Shown here: in pieces, positions 46,901 to 61,580 of the stretch
Numbering within the stretch: position 1 is the first letter of the stretch
Layout: each line of letters opens with the position of its first letter
NCBI GenBank assembly: GCA_964016885.1
Contig: OZ024742.1
Span: 373,054,001-373,118,000, forward strand
DNA length: 64,000 nucleotides
Source of the DNA: Eledone cirrhosa
Taxonomy: Eukaryota
Direction: 5' to 3'
The notes under the pieces: model-generated
Seen by the model: only the letters and a program-made list of their open reading frames with translations
What the model was told of the DNA's origin: nothing
Database searches by the model: none
Position numbers and translations under genes: made by a program

Positions 46901-49900
46901 CATTCTATATAAACTGTATATCTCATTCTATATAAACTGTAAATCTCATTCGATAAACTGTAAATCTCTTTGTATATAAACTGTAAATCTCATTCTATAT
47001 AAACTGTAAATCTCATTCTATAAACTGTAAATCTCATTCTATATAAACTATAAATCTCATTCTATAAACTGTAAATCTCATTCTATATAAACTGTAAATC
47101 TCATTCTATAAACTGTAAATCTCTTTCTATATACACTGTTAATCTCATTCTATATAAACTGTCAATCTCATTCTATATAAACTGTAAATCTAATTCTATA
47201 TAAACTGTAAACCTCATTCTATATAAACTGTAAATCTCTTTCTATATAAACTGTAAATCTCATTCTATATAAAATGTAAATCCCATTCTATAAACTGTAA
47301 ATCTCTTTCTATATAACCTGTAAATCTCTTTCTATATAAACTGTAAATCTCATTCTACATAAACTGTAAATCTCTTTCTATATAAACTGTAAATCTCATT
47401 CTACATAAACTGTAAATCTCATTCTATATAAACTGTAAATCTCATTCTATATAAACTGTAAATCTCTTTCTAAATAAACTGTAAATCTCATTCTATATAG
47501 ACTGTGAATCTCATTCTATATAAACTGTAAATCTCACTCTATATAAACTGTAAATCTCATTCGATAAGCTGTAAATCTCTTTTTATATAAACTGTAAATC
47601 TCATTCTATATAAACTGGAAATCTCTTTCTATAAACTGTAAATCTCATTCTATATAAACTGTAAATCTCATTCTATAAACTGTAAATCTCATTCTATATA
47701 AACTATAAATCTCATTCTATAAACTGTAAATCTGATTCTATATAAACTGTAAATCTCATTCTATAAACTGTAAATCTCTTTCTATATACACTGTTAATCT
47801 CATTCTATATAAACTGTCAATCTCATTCTATATAAACTGTAAATCTAATTCTATATAAACTGTAAACCTCATTCTATATAAACTGTAAATCTCTTTCTAT
47901 ATAAACTGTAAATCTCATTCTATATAAAATGTAAATCCCATTCTATAAACTGTAAATCTCTTTCTATATAACCTGTAAATCTCTTTCTATATAAACTGTA
48001 AATCTCATGCTATAAACTGTAAATCTCATTCTATATAAACTGTAAATCTCTTTCTATATAAACTGTAAATCTGATTCTATATAAACTGTAAATCTCATTC
48101 TATAAAAACTGTGAATCTCATTCTATATAAACTGTATATCTCATTCTATATAAACTGTAAATCTCATTAGATAAACTGTAAATCTCTTTTTATATAAACT
48201 GTAAATCTCATTCTGTATAAACTGGAAATCTCTTTCTATAAACTGTAAATCTCATTCTATAAACTGTAAATCTCTTTCTATATAAACTGTAAATCTCATT
48301 CTATATAAACTGTAAATCTCATTCTATAAACTGTAAATCTCCTTCTATATAAACTGTAAATCTCATTCTATATAAACTGTAAATCTCTTTCTATATAAAC
48401 TGTAAATCTCATTCTATAAACTGTAAATCTCTTTCTATATAAACTGTAAATCTCTTTCTATATAAACTGTAAATCTCATTCTATAAACTATAAATCTCTT
48501 TCTATATAAACTATAAATCTCATTCTACATAAACTGTAAATCTCATTCTATATAAACTGTAAATCTCATTCTATATAAACTGTAAATCTCTTTCTAAATA
48601 AACTGTAAATCTTATTCTATATGAACTGTGAATCTCATTCTATATAAACTGTAAATCTCACTCTATATAAACTGTAAATCTCATTCGATAAACTGTAAAT
48701 CTCTCTTTATATAAACTGTAAATCTCATTCTATATAAACTGGAAATCTCTTTCTATAAACTGTAAATCTCTTTCTCTAAACTGTAAATCTGTTTCTATAT
48801 AAACTGTAAATCTCATTCTATATAAACTGTAAATCTCATTCTATAAACTGTAAATCTCTTTCTATATAAACTGTAAATCTCATTCTATATAAACTGTAAA
48901 TCTCTTTCTATATAAACTGTTAATCTCATTCTATATAAACTGTCAATCTCATTCTATATAAACTGTAAGTCTAATTCTATATAAACTGTAAATCTCTTTC
49001 TATATAAACTGTAAATCTCTTTCTATATAAACTGTAAATCTCATTCTATATAAAATGTAAATCCCATTCTATAAACTGTAAATCAGTTTCTATATAACCT
49101 GTAAATCTCTTTCTATATAAACTGTAAATCTCATGCTATAAACTGTAAATCTCATTCTATATAAACTGTAAATCTCTTTCTATATAAACTGTAAATCTGA
49201 TTCTATATAAACTGTAAATCTCATTCTATATAAACTATGAATCTCATTCTATATAAACTGTATATCTCATTCTATATAAACTGTAAATCTCATTCGATAA
49301 ACTGTAAATCTCTTTTTATATAAACTGTAAATCTCATTCTATATGAACTGGAAATCTCTTTCTATAAACTGTAAATCTCATTCTATGAACTGTAAATCTC
49401 TTTCTATATAAACTGTAAATCTCATTCTATATAAACTGTAAATCTCATTCTATAAACTGTAAATCTCCTTCTATATAAACTATAAATCTCATTCTATATA
49501 AACTGTAAATCTCTTTCTATATAAACTGTAAATCTCATTCTATAAATTGTAAATCTCTTTCTATATAAACTGTAAATTCCATTCTATATAAACTGTAAAT
49601 CTCATTCTCTGAACTGTAAATCTATTTCTATATAAACTGTAAATCTCATGCTATATAAACTGTAAACTCTTTCTATATAAACTGTAAATCTCATTCTATA
49701 TAAACTGTAAATCTCTTTCTATATAAACTGTAAATCCCATTCTATAAACTGTAAATCTCTTTCTATATAACCTGTAAATCTCTTTCTATATAAACTGTAA
49801 ATCTCATGCTATAAACTGTAAATCTCATTCTATAGAAACTGTAAATCTCTTTCTATATAAACTGTAAATCTCATTCTACATAAACTGTAAATCTCTTTCT

Positions 49901-52900
49901 ATATAAACTGTAAATCTCATTCTATATAAACTGTAAATCTCATTCTATATAAACTGTAAATCTCATTCTAAATATACTGTAAATCTCTTTCTAAATAAAC
50001 TGTAAATATCATTCTATATAAACTGTAAATCTCATGCTATAAACTGTAAATCTCATTCTATATAAACTGTAAATCTCTTTCTATATAAACTCTGAATCTG
50101 ATTCTATATAAACTGTAAATCTCATTCTCTATAAACTGTGAATCTCATTCTATATAAACTGTTTATCTCATTCTATATGAACTGTAAATCTCATTCGATA
50201 AACTGTAAATCTGTTATTATATAAACTGTAAATCTCATTCTATATAAACTGTAAATCTCTTTCTATATAAACTGTAAATCTCATTCTATAAACTGTAAAT
50301 CTCTTTCTATATAAACTGTAAATCTCATTCTATATAAACTGTAAATCTCATTCTATAAACTGTAAATCTCTTTCTATATAAACTGTAAATCTCATTCTAC
50401 ATAAACTGTAAATCTCTTTCTATATAAACTGTAAATCTCATTCTACATAAACTGTAAATCTCATTCTATATAAACTGTAAATCTCATTCTATATAAACTG
50501 TAAATCTCTTTCTAAATAAACTGTAAATCTCATTCTATATAGACTGTGAATCTCATTCTATATAAACTGTAAATCTCACTCTATATAAACTGTAAATCTC
50601 ATTCGATAAACTGTAAATCTCTTTTTATATAAACTGTAAATCTCATTCTATATAAACTGGAAATCTCTTTCTATAAACTGTAAATCTCATTCTATATAAA
50701 CTGTAAATCTCATTCTATAAACTGTAAATCTCATTCTATATAAACTGTAAATCTCTTTCTATATAAACTGTAAATCCCATTCTATAAACTGTAAATCTCT
50801 TTCTATATAACCTGTAAATCTCTTTCTATATAAACTGTAAATCTCATGCTATAAACTGTAAATCTCATTCTATATAAACTGTAAATCTCTTTCTATATAA
50901 ACTGTAAATCTCATTCTACATAAACTGTAAATCTCTTTCTATATGAACTGTAAATCTCATTCTATATAAACTGTAAATCTCATTCTATATAAACTGTAAA
51001 TCTCATTCTAAATATACTGTAAATCTCTTTCTAAATAAACTGTAAATATCATTCTATATAAACTGTAAATCTCATGCTATAAACTGTAAATCTCATTCTA
51101 TATAAACTGTAAATCTCTTTCTATATAAACTCTGAATCTGATTCTATATAAACTGTAAATCTCATTCTCTATAAACTGTGAATCTCATTCTATATAAACT
51201 GTATATCTCATTCTATATGAACTGTAAATCTCATTCGATAAACTGTAAATCTGTTTTTATATAAACTGTAAATCTCATTCTATATAAACTGTAAATCTCT
51301 TTCTATATAAACTGTAAATCTCATTCTATATAAACTGTAAATCTCTTTCTATATAAACTGTAAATCTCATTCTATATAAAATGTAAATCCCATTCTATAA
51401 ACTGTAAATCAGTTTCTATATAACCTGTAAATCTCTTTCTATATAAACTGTAAATCTCATGCTATAAACTGTAAATCTCATTCTATATAAACTGTAAATC
51501 TCTTTCTATATAAACTGTAAATCTGATTCTATATAAACTGTAAATCTCATTCTATATAAACTATGAATCTCATTCTATATAAACTGTATATCTCATTCTA
51601 CATAAACTGTAAATCTCATTCGATAAACTGTAAATCTCTTTTTATATAAACTGTAAATCTCATTCTATATGAACTGGAAATCTCTTTCTATAAACTGTAA
51701 ATCTCATTCTATGAACTGTAAATCTCTTTCTATATAAACTGTAAATCTCATTCTATATAAACTGTAAATCTCATTCTATAAACTGTAAATCTCCTTCTAT
51801 ATAAACTATAAATCTCATTCTATATAAACTGTAAATCTCTTTCTATATAAACTGTAAATCTCATTCTATAAACTGTAAATCTCTTTCTATATAAACTGTA
51901 AATTCCATTCTATATAAACTGTAAATCTCATTCTCTAAACTGTAAATCTATTTCTATATAAACTGTAAATCTCATGCTATATAAACTGTAAATCTCTTTC
52001 TATATGAACTGTAAATCTCATTCTATATAAACTGTAAATCTCTTTCTATATAAACTGTAAATCTCATTCTATATAAACTGTAAATCTCATTCTATAAACT
52101 GTAAATCTCTTTCTATATAAACTGTAAATCTCATTCTATATAAACTGTAAATCTCATTCTATATAAACTGTAAATCGCATTCTATATAAACTGTAAATCT
52201 CATTCTATAAACTGTAAATCTCATTCTATATGAACTGTAAATCTCATTCTATTAATTGTAAAGCTCTTTCTATATAAACTGTAAATCTCATTCTATATAA
52301 ACTGTAAATCTCATTCTATAAACTGTAAATCTCTTTCTATATGAACTGTAAATCTCATTCTATATAAACTGTAAATCTCATTCTATATAAACTGTAAATC
52401 TCATTCTATATAAACTGTAAATCTCATTCTATAAACTGTAAATCTCATTCTATATGAACTGTAAATCTCATTCTATAAATTGTAAAGCTCTTTCTATATA
52501 CACTGTTAATCTCATTCTACATAAATTGTAAATCTCATTCTATATAAACTGTAAATCTCATTCTATAAACTGTAAATCTCTTTCTATATAAACTGTAAAT
52601 CTCATTCTATATAAACTGTAAATCTCATTCTATATAAACTGTAAATCTCATTCTATATAAACTGTAAATCTCATTCTATAAACTGTAAATCTCTTTCTAT
52701 ATACACTGTTAATCTCATTCTATATAAACTGTCAATCTCATTCTATATAAACTGTAAATCTCATTCTATATAAACTGTAAATCTCTTTCTATATAAACTG
52801 TAAATCTCATTCTATATAAACTGTAAATCTCATTCTATAAACTGTAAATCTCATTCTATATAAACTATAAATCTCATTCTATAAACTGTAAATCTCATTC

Positions 52901-55550
52901 TATATAAACTGTAAATCTCATTCTATAAACTGTAAATCTCTTTCTATATACACTGTTAATCTCATTCTATATAAACTGTCAATCTCATTCTATATAAACT
53001 GTAAATCTAATTCTATATAAACTGTAAACCTCATTCTATATAAACTGTAAATCTCTTTCTATATAAACTGTAAATCTCATTCTATATAAAATGTAAATCC
53101 CATTCTATAAACTGTAAATCTCTTTCTATATAACCTGTAAATCTCTTTCTATATAAACTGTAAATCTCATTCTATAAACTGTAAATCTCATTCTATATAA
53201 ACTGTAAATCTCTTTCTATATAAACTGTAAATCTGATACTATATAAACTGTAAATCTCATTCTATATAAACTGTGAATCTCATTCTATATAAACTGTATA
53301 TCTCATTCTATATAAACTGTAAATCTCATTCGATAAACTGTAAATCTCTTTGTATATAAACTGTAAATCTCATTCTATATAAACTGTAAATCTCATTCTA
53401 TAAACTGTAAATCTCATTCTATATAAACTATAAATCTCATTCTATAAACTGTAAATCTCATTCTATATAAACTGTAAATCTCATTCTATAAACTGTAAAT
53501 CTCTTTCTATATACACTGTTAATCTCATTCTATATAAACTGTCAATCTCATTCTATATAAACTGTAAATCTAATTCTATATAAACTGTAAACCTCATTCT
53601 ATATAAACTGTAAATCTCTTTCTATATAAACTGTAAATCTCATTCTATATAAAATGTAAATCCCATTCTATAAACTGTAAATCTCTTTCTATATAACCTG
53701 TAAATCTCTTTCTATATAAACTGTAAATCTCATTCTACATAAACTGTAAATCTCTTTCTATATAAACTGTAAATCTCATTCTACATAAACTGTAAATCTC
53801 ATTCTATATAAACTGTAAATCTCATTCTATATAAACTGTAAATCTCTTTCTAAATAAACTGTAAATCTCATTCTATATAGACTGTGAATCTCATTCTATA
53901 TAAACTGTAAATCTCACTCTATATAAACTGTAAATCTCATTCGATAAGCTGTAAATCTCTTTTTATATAAACTGTAAATCTCATTCTATATAAACTGGAA
54001 ATCTCTTTCTATAAACTGTAAATCTCATTCTATATAAACTGTAAATCTCATTCTATAAACTGTAAATCTCATTCTATATAAACTATAAATCTCATTCTAT
54101 AAACTGTAAATCTGATTCTATATAAACTGTAAATCTCATTCTATAAACTGTAAATCTCTTTCTATATACACTGTTAATCTCATTCTATATAAACTGTCAA
54201 TCTCATTCTATATAAACTGTAAATCTAATTCTATATAAACTGTAAACCTCATTCTATATAAACTGTAAATCTCTTTCTATATAAACTGTAAATCTCATTC
54301 TATATAAAATGTAAATCCCATTCTATAAACTGTAAATCTCTTTCTATATAACCTGTAAATCTCTTTCTATATAAACTGTAAATCTCATGCTATAAACTGT
54401 AAATCTCATTCTATATAAACTGTAAATCTCTTTCTATATAAACTGTAAATCTGATTCTATATAAACTGTAAATCTCATTCTATATAAACTGTGAATCTCA
54501 TTCTATATAAACTGTATATCTCATTCTATATAAACTGTAAATCTCATTAGATAAACTGTAAATCTCTTTTTATATAAACTGTAAATCTCATTCTGTATAA
54601 ACTGGAAATCTCTTTCTATAAACTGTAAATCTCATTCTATAAACTGTAAATCTCTTTCTATATAAACTGTAAATCTCATTCTATATAAACTGTAAATCTC
54701 ATTCTATAAACTGTAAATCTCCTATATAAACTGTAAATCTCATTCTATATAAACTGTAAATCTCTTTCTATATAAACTGTAAATCTCATTCTATAAACTG
54801 TAAATCTCTTTCTATATAAACTGTAAATCTCATTCTATATAAACTGTAAATCTCATTCTATAAACTATAAATCTCTTTCTATATAAACTATAAATCTCAT
54901 TCTACATAAACTGTAAATCTCATTCTATATAAACTGTAAATCTCATTCTATATAAACTGTAAATCTCTTTCTAAATAAACTGTAAATCTTATTCTATATG
55001 AACTGTGAATCTCATTCTATATAAACTGTAAATCTCACTCTATATAAACTGTAAATCCCATTCGATAAACTGTAAATATCTCTTTATATAAACTGTAAAT
55101 CTCATTCTATATAAACTGGAAATCTCTTTCTATAAACTGTAAATCTCATTCTCTAAACTGTAAATCTGTTTCTATATAAACTGTAAATCTCATTCTATAT
55201 AAACTGTAAATCTCATTCTATAAACTGTAAATCTCTTTCTATATAAACTGTAAATCTCATTCTATATAAACTGTAAATCTCTTTCTATATAAACTGTTAA
55301 TCTCATTCTATATAAACTGTCAATCTCATTCTATATAAACTGTAAATCTAATTCTATATAAACTGTAAATCTCATTCTATATAAACTGTAAATCTCTTTC
55401 TATATAAACTGTAAATCTCATTCTATATAAAATGTAAATCCCATTCTATAAACTGTAAATCAGTTTCTATATAACCTGTAAATCTCTTTCTATATAAACT
55501 GTAAATCTCATGCTATAAACTGTAAATCTCATTCTATATAAACTGTAAAT
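40590..55550. repeat. 6380-bp higher-order unit in about 2.3 tandem copies
   Basis: Markers pair at +6380: TATAAAAACT 41721/48101, CATTAGAT 41781/48161/54541, 22-bp monomer TGTAAACTCT 43281/49661, GTTTATCTC 43781/50161, CTGATACT 46851/53231, CGATAAGCT 47561/53941. Confidence 0.93.
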
Positions 55551-58500
55551 CTCATTCTATAAACTGTAAATCTCATTCTATATGAACTGTAAATCTCATT
55601 CTATAAATTGTAAAGCTCTTTCTATATACACTGTTAATCTCATTCTACATAAACTGTAAATCTCATTCTATATAAACTGTAAATCTCATTCTATATAAAC
55701 TGTAAATCTCTTTCTATATAAAATGTAAATCTCATTCTATGTAAACTGTAAATCTCATTCTATAAACTGTAAATCTCTTTCTATATAAACTGTAAATCTC
55801 ATTCTATATAAACTGTAAATCTCATTCTATATAAACTGTAAATCTCATTCTATATAAACTGTAAATCTCATTCTATAAACTGTAAATCTCATTCTATATG
55901 AACTGTAAATCTCATTCTATAAATTGTAAAGCTCTTTCTATATACACTGTTAATCTCATTCTACATAAATTGTAAATCTCATTCTATATAAACTGTAAAT
56001 CTCATTCTATAAACTGTAAATCTCTTTCTATATAAACTGTAAATCTCATTCTATATAAACTGTAAATCTCATTCTATATAAACTGTAAATCTCATTCTAT
56101 ATAAACTGTAAATCTCATTCTATAAACTGTAAATCTCTTTCTATATACACTGTTAATCTCATTCTATATAAACTGTCAATCTCATTCTATATAAACTGTA
56201 AATCTCTTTCTATATAAACTGTAAATCTCATTCTATATAAAATGTAAATCCCATTCTATAAACTGTAAATCTCTTTCTATATAACCTGTAAATCTCTTTC
56301 TATATAAACTGTAAATCTCATTCTACATAAACTGTAAATCTCTTTCTATATAAACTGTAAATCTCATTCTACATAAACTGTAAATCTCATTCTATATAAA
56401 CTGTAAATCTCATTCTATATAAACTGTAAATCTCTTTCTAAATAAACTGTAAATCTCATTCTATATAGACTGTGAATCTCATTCTATATAAACTGTAAAT
56501 CTCACTCTATATAAACTGTAAATCTCATTCGATAAGCTGTAAATCTCTTTTTATATAAACTGTAAATCTCATTCTATATAAACTGGAAATCTCTTTCTAT
56601 AAACTGTAAATCTCATTCTATATAAACTGTAAATCTCATTCTATAAACTGTAAATCTCATTCTATATAAACTATAAATCTCATTCTATAAACTGTAAATC
56701 TGATTCTATATAAACTGTAAATCTCATTCTATAAACTGTAAATCTCTTTCTATATACACTGTTAATCTCATTCTATATAAACTGTCAATCTCATTCTATA
56801 TAAACTGTAAATCTAATTCTATATAAACTGTAAACCTCATTCTATATAAACTGTAAATCTCTTTCTATATAAACTGTAAATCTCATTCTATATAAAATGT
56901 AAATCCCATTCTATAAACTGTAAATCTCTTTCTATATAACCTGTAAATCTCTTTCTATATAAACTGTAAATCTCATGCTATAAACTGTAAATCTCATTCT
57001 ATATAAACTGTAAATCTCTTTCTATATAAACTGTAAATCTGATTCTATATAAACTGTAAATCTCATTCTATATAAACTGTGAATCTCATTCTATATAAAC
57101 TGTATATCTCATTCTATATAAACTGTAAATCTCATTAGATAAACTGTAAATCTCTTTTTATATAAACTGTAAATCTCATTCTGTATAAACTGGAAATCTC
57201 TTTCTATAAACTGTAAATCTCATTCTATAAACTGTAAATCTCTTTCTATATAAACTGTAAATCTCATTCTATATAAACTGTAAATCTCATTCTATAAACT
57301 GTAAATCTCCTATATAAACTGTAAATCTCATTCTATATAAACTGTAAATCTCTTTCTATATAAACTGTAAATCTCATTCTATAAACTGTAAATCTCTTTC
57401 TATATAAACTGTAAATCTCATTCTATATAAACTGTAAATCTCATTCTATAAACTATAAATCTCTTTCTATATAAACTATAAATCTCATTCTACATAAACT
57501 GTAAATCTCATTCTATATAAACTGTAAATCTCATTCTATATAAACTGTAAATCTCTTTCTAAATAAACTGTAAATCTTATTCTATATGAACTGTGAATCT
57601 CATTCTATATAAACTGTAAATCTCACTCTATATAAACTGTAAATCCCATTCGATAAACTGTAAATATCTCTTTATATAAACTGTAAATCTCATTCTATAT
57701 AAACTGGAAATCTCTTTCTATAAACTGTAAATCTCATTCTCTAAACTGTAAATCTGTTTCTATATAAACTGTAAATCTCATTCTATATAAACTGTAAATC
57801 TCATTCTATAAACTGTAAATCTCTTTCTATATAAACTGTAAATCTCATTCTATATAAACTGTAAATCTCTTTCTATATAAACTGTTAATCTCATTCTATA
57901 TAAACTGTCAATCTCATTCTATATAAACTGTAAATCTAATTCTATATAAACTGTAAATCTCATTCTATATAAACTGTAAATCTCTTTCTATATAAACTGT
58001 AAATCTCATTCTATATAAAATGTAAATCCCATTCTATAAACTGTAAATCAGTTTCTATATAACCTGTAAATCTCTTTCTATATAAACTGTAAATCTCATG
58101 CTATAAACTGTAAATCTCATTCTATATAAACTGTAAATCTCATTCTATAAACTGTAAATCTCATTCTATATGAACTGTAAATCTCATTCTATAAATTGTA
58201 AAGCTCTTTCTATATACACTGTTAATCTCATTCTACATAAACTGTAAATCTCATTCTATATAAACTGTAAATCTCATTCTATATAAACTGTAAATCTCTT
58301 TCTATATAAAATGTAAATCTCATTCTATGTAAACTGTAAATCTCATTCTATAAACTGTAAATCTCTTTCTATATAAACTGTAAATCTCATTCTATATAAA
58401 CTGTAAATCTCATTCTATATAAACTGTAAATCTCATTCTATATAAACTGTAAATCTCATTCTATAAACTGTAAATCTCATTCTATATGAACTGTAAATCT

Positions 58501-61500
58501 CATTCTATAAATTGTAAAGCTCTTTCTATATACACTGTTAATCTCATTCTACATAAATTGTAAATCTCATTCTATATAAACTGTAAATCTCATTCTATAA
58601 ACTGTAAATCTCTTTCTATATAAACTGTAAATCTCATTCTATATAAACTGTAAATCTCATTCTATATAAACTGTAAATCTCATTCTATATAAACTGTAAA
58701 TCTCATTCTATAAACTGTAAATCTCTTTCTATATACACTGTTAATCTCATTCTATATAAACTGTCAATCTCATTCTATATAAACTGTAAATCTCATTCTA
58801 TATAAACTGTAAATCTCTTTCTATATAAACTGTAAATCTCATTCTATATAAACTGTAAATCTCATTCTATAAACTGTAAATCTCATTCTATATAAACTAT
58901 AAATCTCATTCTATAAACTGTAAATCTCATTCTATATAAACTGTAAATCTCATTCTATAAACTGTAAATCTCTTTCTATATACACTGTTAATCTCATTCT
59001 ATATAAACTGTCAATCTCATTCTATATAAACTGTAAATCTAATTCTATATAAACTGTAAACCTCATTCTATATAAACTGTAAATCTCTTTCTATATAAAC
59101 TGTAAATCTCATTCTATATAAAATGTAAATCCCATTCTATAAACTGTAAATCTCTTTCTATATAACCTGTAAATCTCTTTCTATATAAATTGTAAATCTC
59201 ATTCTATAAACTGTAAATCTCATTCTATATAAACTGTAAATCTCTTTCTATATAAACTGTAAATCTGATACTATATAAACTGTAAATCTCATTCTATATA
59301 AACTGTGAATCTCATTCTATATAAACTGTATATCTCATTCTATATAAACTGTAAATCTCATTCGATAAACTGTAAATCTCTTTGTATATAAACTGTAAAT
59401 CTCATTCTATATAAACTGTAAATCTCATTCTATAAACTGTAAATCTCATTCTATATAAACTATAAATCTCATTCTATAAACTGTAAATCTCATTCTATAT
59501 AAACTGTAAATCTCATTATATAAACTGTAAATCTCTTTCTATATACACTGTTAATCTCATTCTATATAAACTGTCAATCTCATTCTATATAAACTGTAAA
59601 TCTAATTCTATATAAACTGTAAACCTCATTCTATATAAACTGTAAATCTCTTTCTATATAAACTGTAAATCTCATTCTATATAAAATGTAAATCCCATTC
59701 TATAAACTGTAAATCTCTTTCTATATAACCTGTAAATCTCTTTCTATATAAACTGTAAATCTCATTCTACATAAACTGTAAATCTCTTTCTATATAAACT
59801 GTAAATCTCATTCTACATAAACTGTAAATCTCATTCTATATAAACTGTAAATCTCATTCTATATAAACTGTAAATCTCTTTCTAAATAAACTGTAAATCT
59901 CATTCTATATAGACTGTGAATCTCATTCTATATAAACTGTAAATCTCACTCTATATAAACTGTAAATCTCATTCGATAAGCTGTAAATCTCTTTTTATAT
60001 AAACTGTAAATCTCATTCTATATAAACTGGAAATCTCTTTCTATAAACTGTAAATCTCATTCTATATAAACTGTAAATCTCATTCTATAAACTGTAAATC
60101 TCATTCTATATAAACTATAAATCTCATTCTATAAACTGTAAATCTGATTCTATATAAACTGTAAATCTCATTCTATAAACTGTAAATCTCTTTCTATATA
60201 CACTGTTAATCTCATTCTATATAAACTGTCAATCTCATTCTATATAAACTGTAAATCTAATTCTATATAAACTGTAAACCTCATTCTATATAAACTGTAA
60301 ATCTCTTTCTATATAAACTGTAAATCTCATTCTATATAAAATGTAAATCCCATTCTATAAACTGTAAATCTCTTTCTATATAACCTGTAAATCTCTTTCT
60401 ATATAAACTGTAAATCTCATGCTATAAACTGTAAATCTCATTCTATATAAACTGTAAATCTCTTTCTATATAAACTGTAAATCTGATTCTATATAAACTG
60501 TAAATCTCATTCTATATAAACTGTGAATCTCATTCTATATAAACTGTATATCTCATTCTATATAAACTGTAAATCTCATTAGATAAACTGTAAATCTCTT
60601 TTTATATAAACTGTAAATCTCATTCTGTATAAACTGGAAATCTCTTTCTATAAACTGTAAATCTCATTCTATAAACTGTAAATCTCTTTCTATATAAACT
60701 GTAAATCTCATTCTATATAAACTGTAAATCTCATTCTATAAACTGTAAATCTCCTATATAAACTGTAAATCTCATTCTATATAAACTGTAAATCTCTTTC
60801 TATATAAACTGTAAATCTCATTCTATAAACTGTAAATCTCTTTCTATATAAACTGTAAATCTCATTCTATATAAACTGTAAATCTCATTCTATAAACTAT
60901 AAATCTCTTTCTATATAAACTATAAATCTCATTCTACATAAACTGTAAATCTCATTCTATATAAACTGTAAATCTCATTCTATATAAACTGTAAATCTCT
61001 TTCTAAATAAACTGTAAATCTTATTCTATATGAACTGTGAATCTCATTCTATATAAACTGTAAATCTCACTCTATATAAACTGTAAATCCCATTCGATAA
61101 ACTGTAAATATCTCTTTATATAAACTGTAAATCTCATTCTATATAAACTGGAAATCTCTTTCTATAAACTGTAAATCTCATTCTCTAAACTGTAAAACTG
61201 TTTCTATATAAACTGTAAATCTCATTCTATATAAACTGTAAATCTCATTCTATAAACTGTAAATCTCTTTCTATATAAACTGTAAATCTCATTCTATATA
61301 AACTGTAAATCTCTTTCTATATAAACTGTTAATCTCATTCTATATAAACTGTCAATCTCATTCTATATAAACTGTAAATCTAATTCTATATAAACTGTAA
61401 ATCTCATTCTATATAAACTGTAAATCTCTTTCTATATAAACTGTAAATCTCATTCTATATAAAATGTAAATCCCATTCTATAAACTGTAAATCAGTTTCT

Positions 61501-61580
61501 ATATAACCTGTAAATCTCTTTCTATATAAACTGTAAATCTCATGCTATAAACTGTAAATCTCATTCTATATAAACTGTAA
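52400..61580. repeat. Duplicated block ~52400-55550 repeated at ~58440-61580 (offset 6032 bp)
   Basis: ATCTGATACT 53231/59263, GATAAGCT 53943/59975 and CTCCTATAT 54721/60753, all +6032. Confidence 0.85.
53600..58780. repeat. 2588-bp tandem duplication
   Basis: GATAAGCT 53943/56531, 20-bp monomer CTCCTATAT 54721/57309 and AAATGTAAATCTCATTCTATGT 55723/58311, all +2588. Confidence 0.88.
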
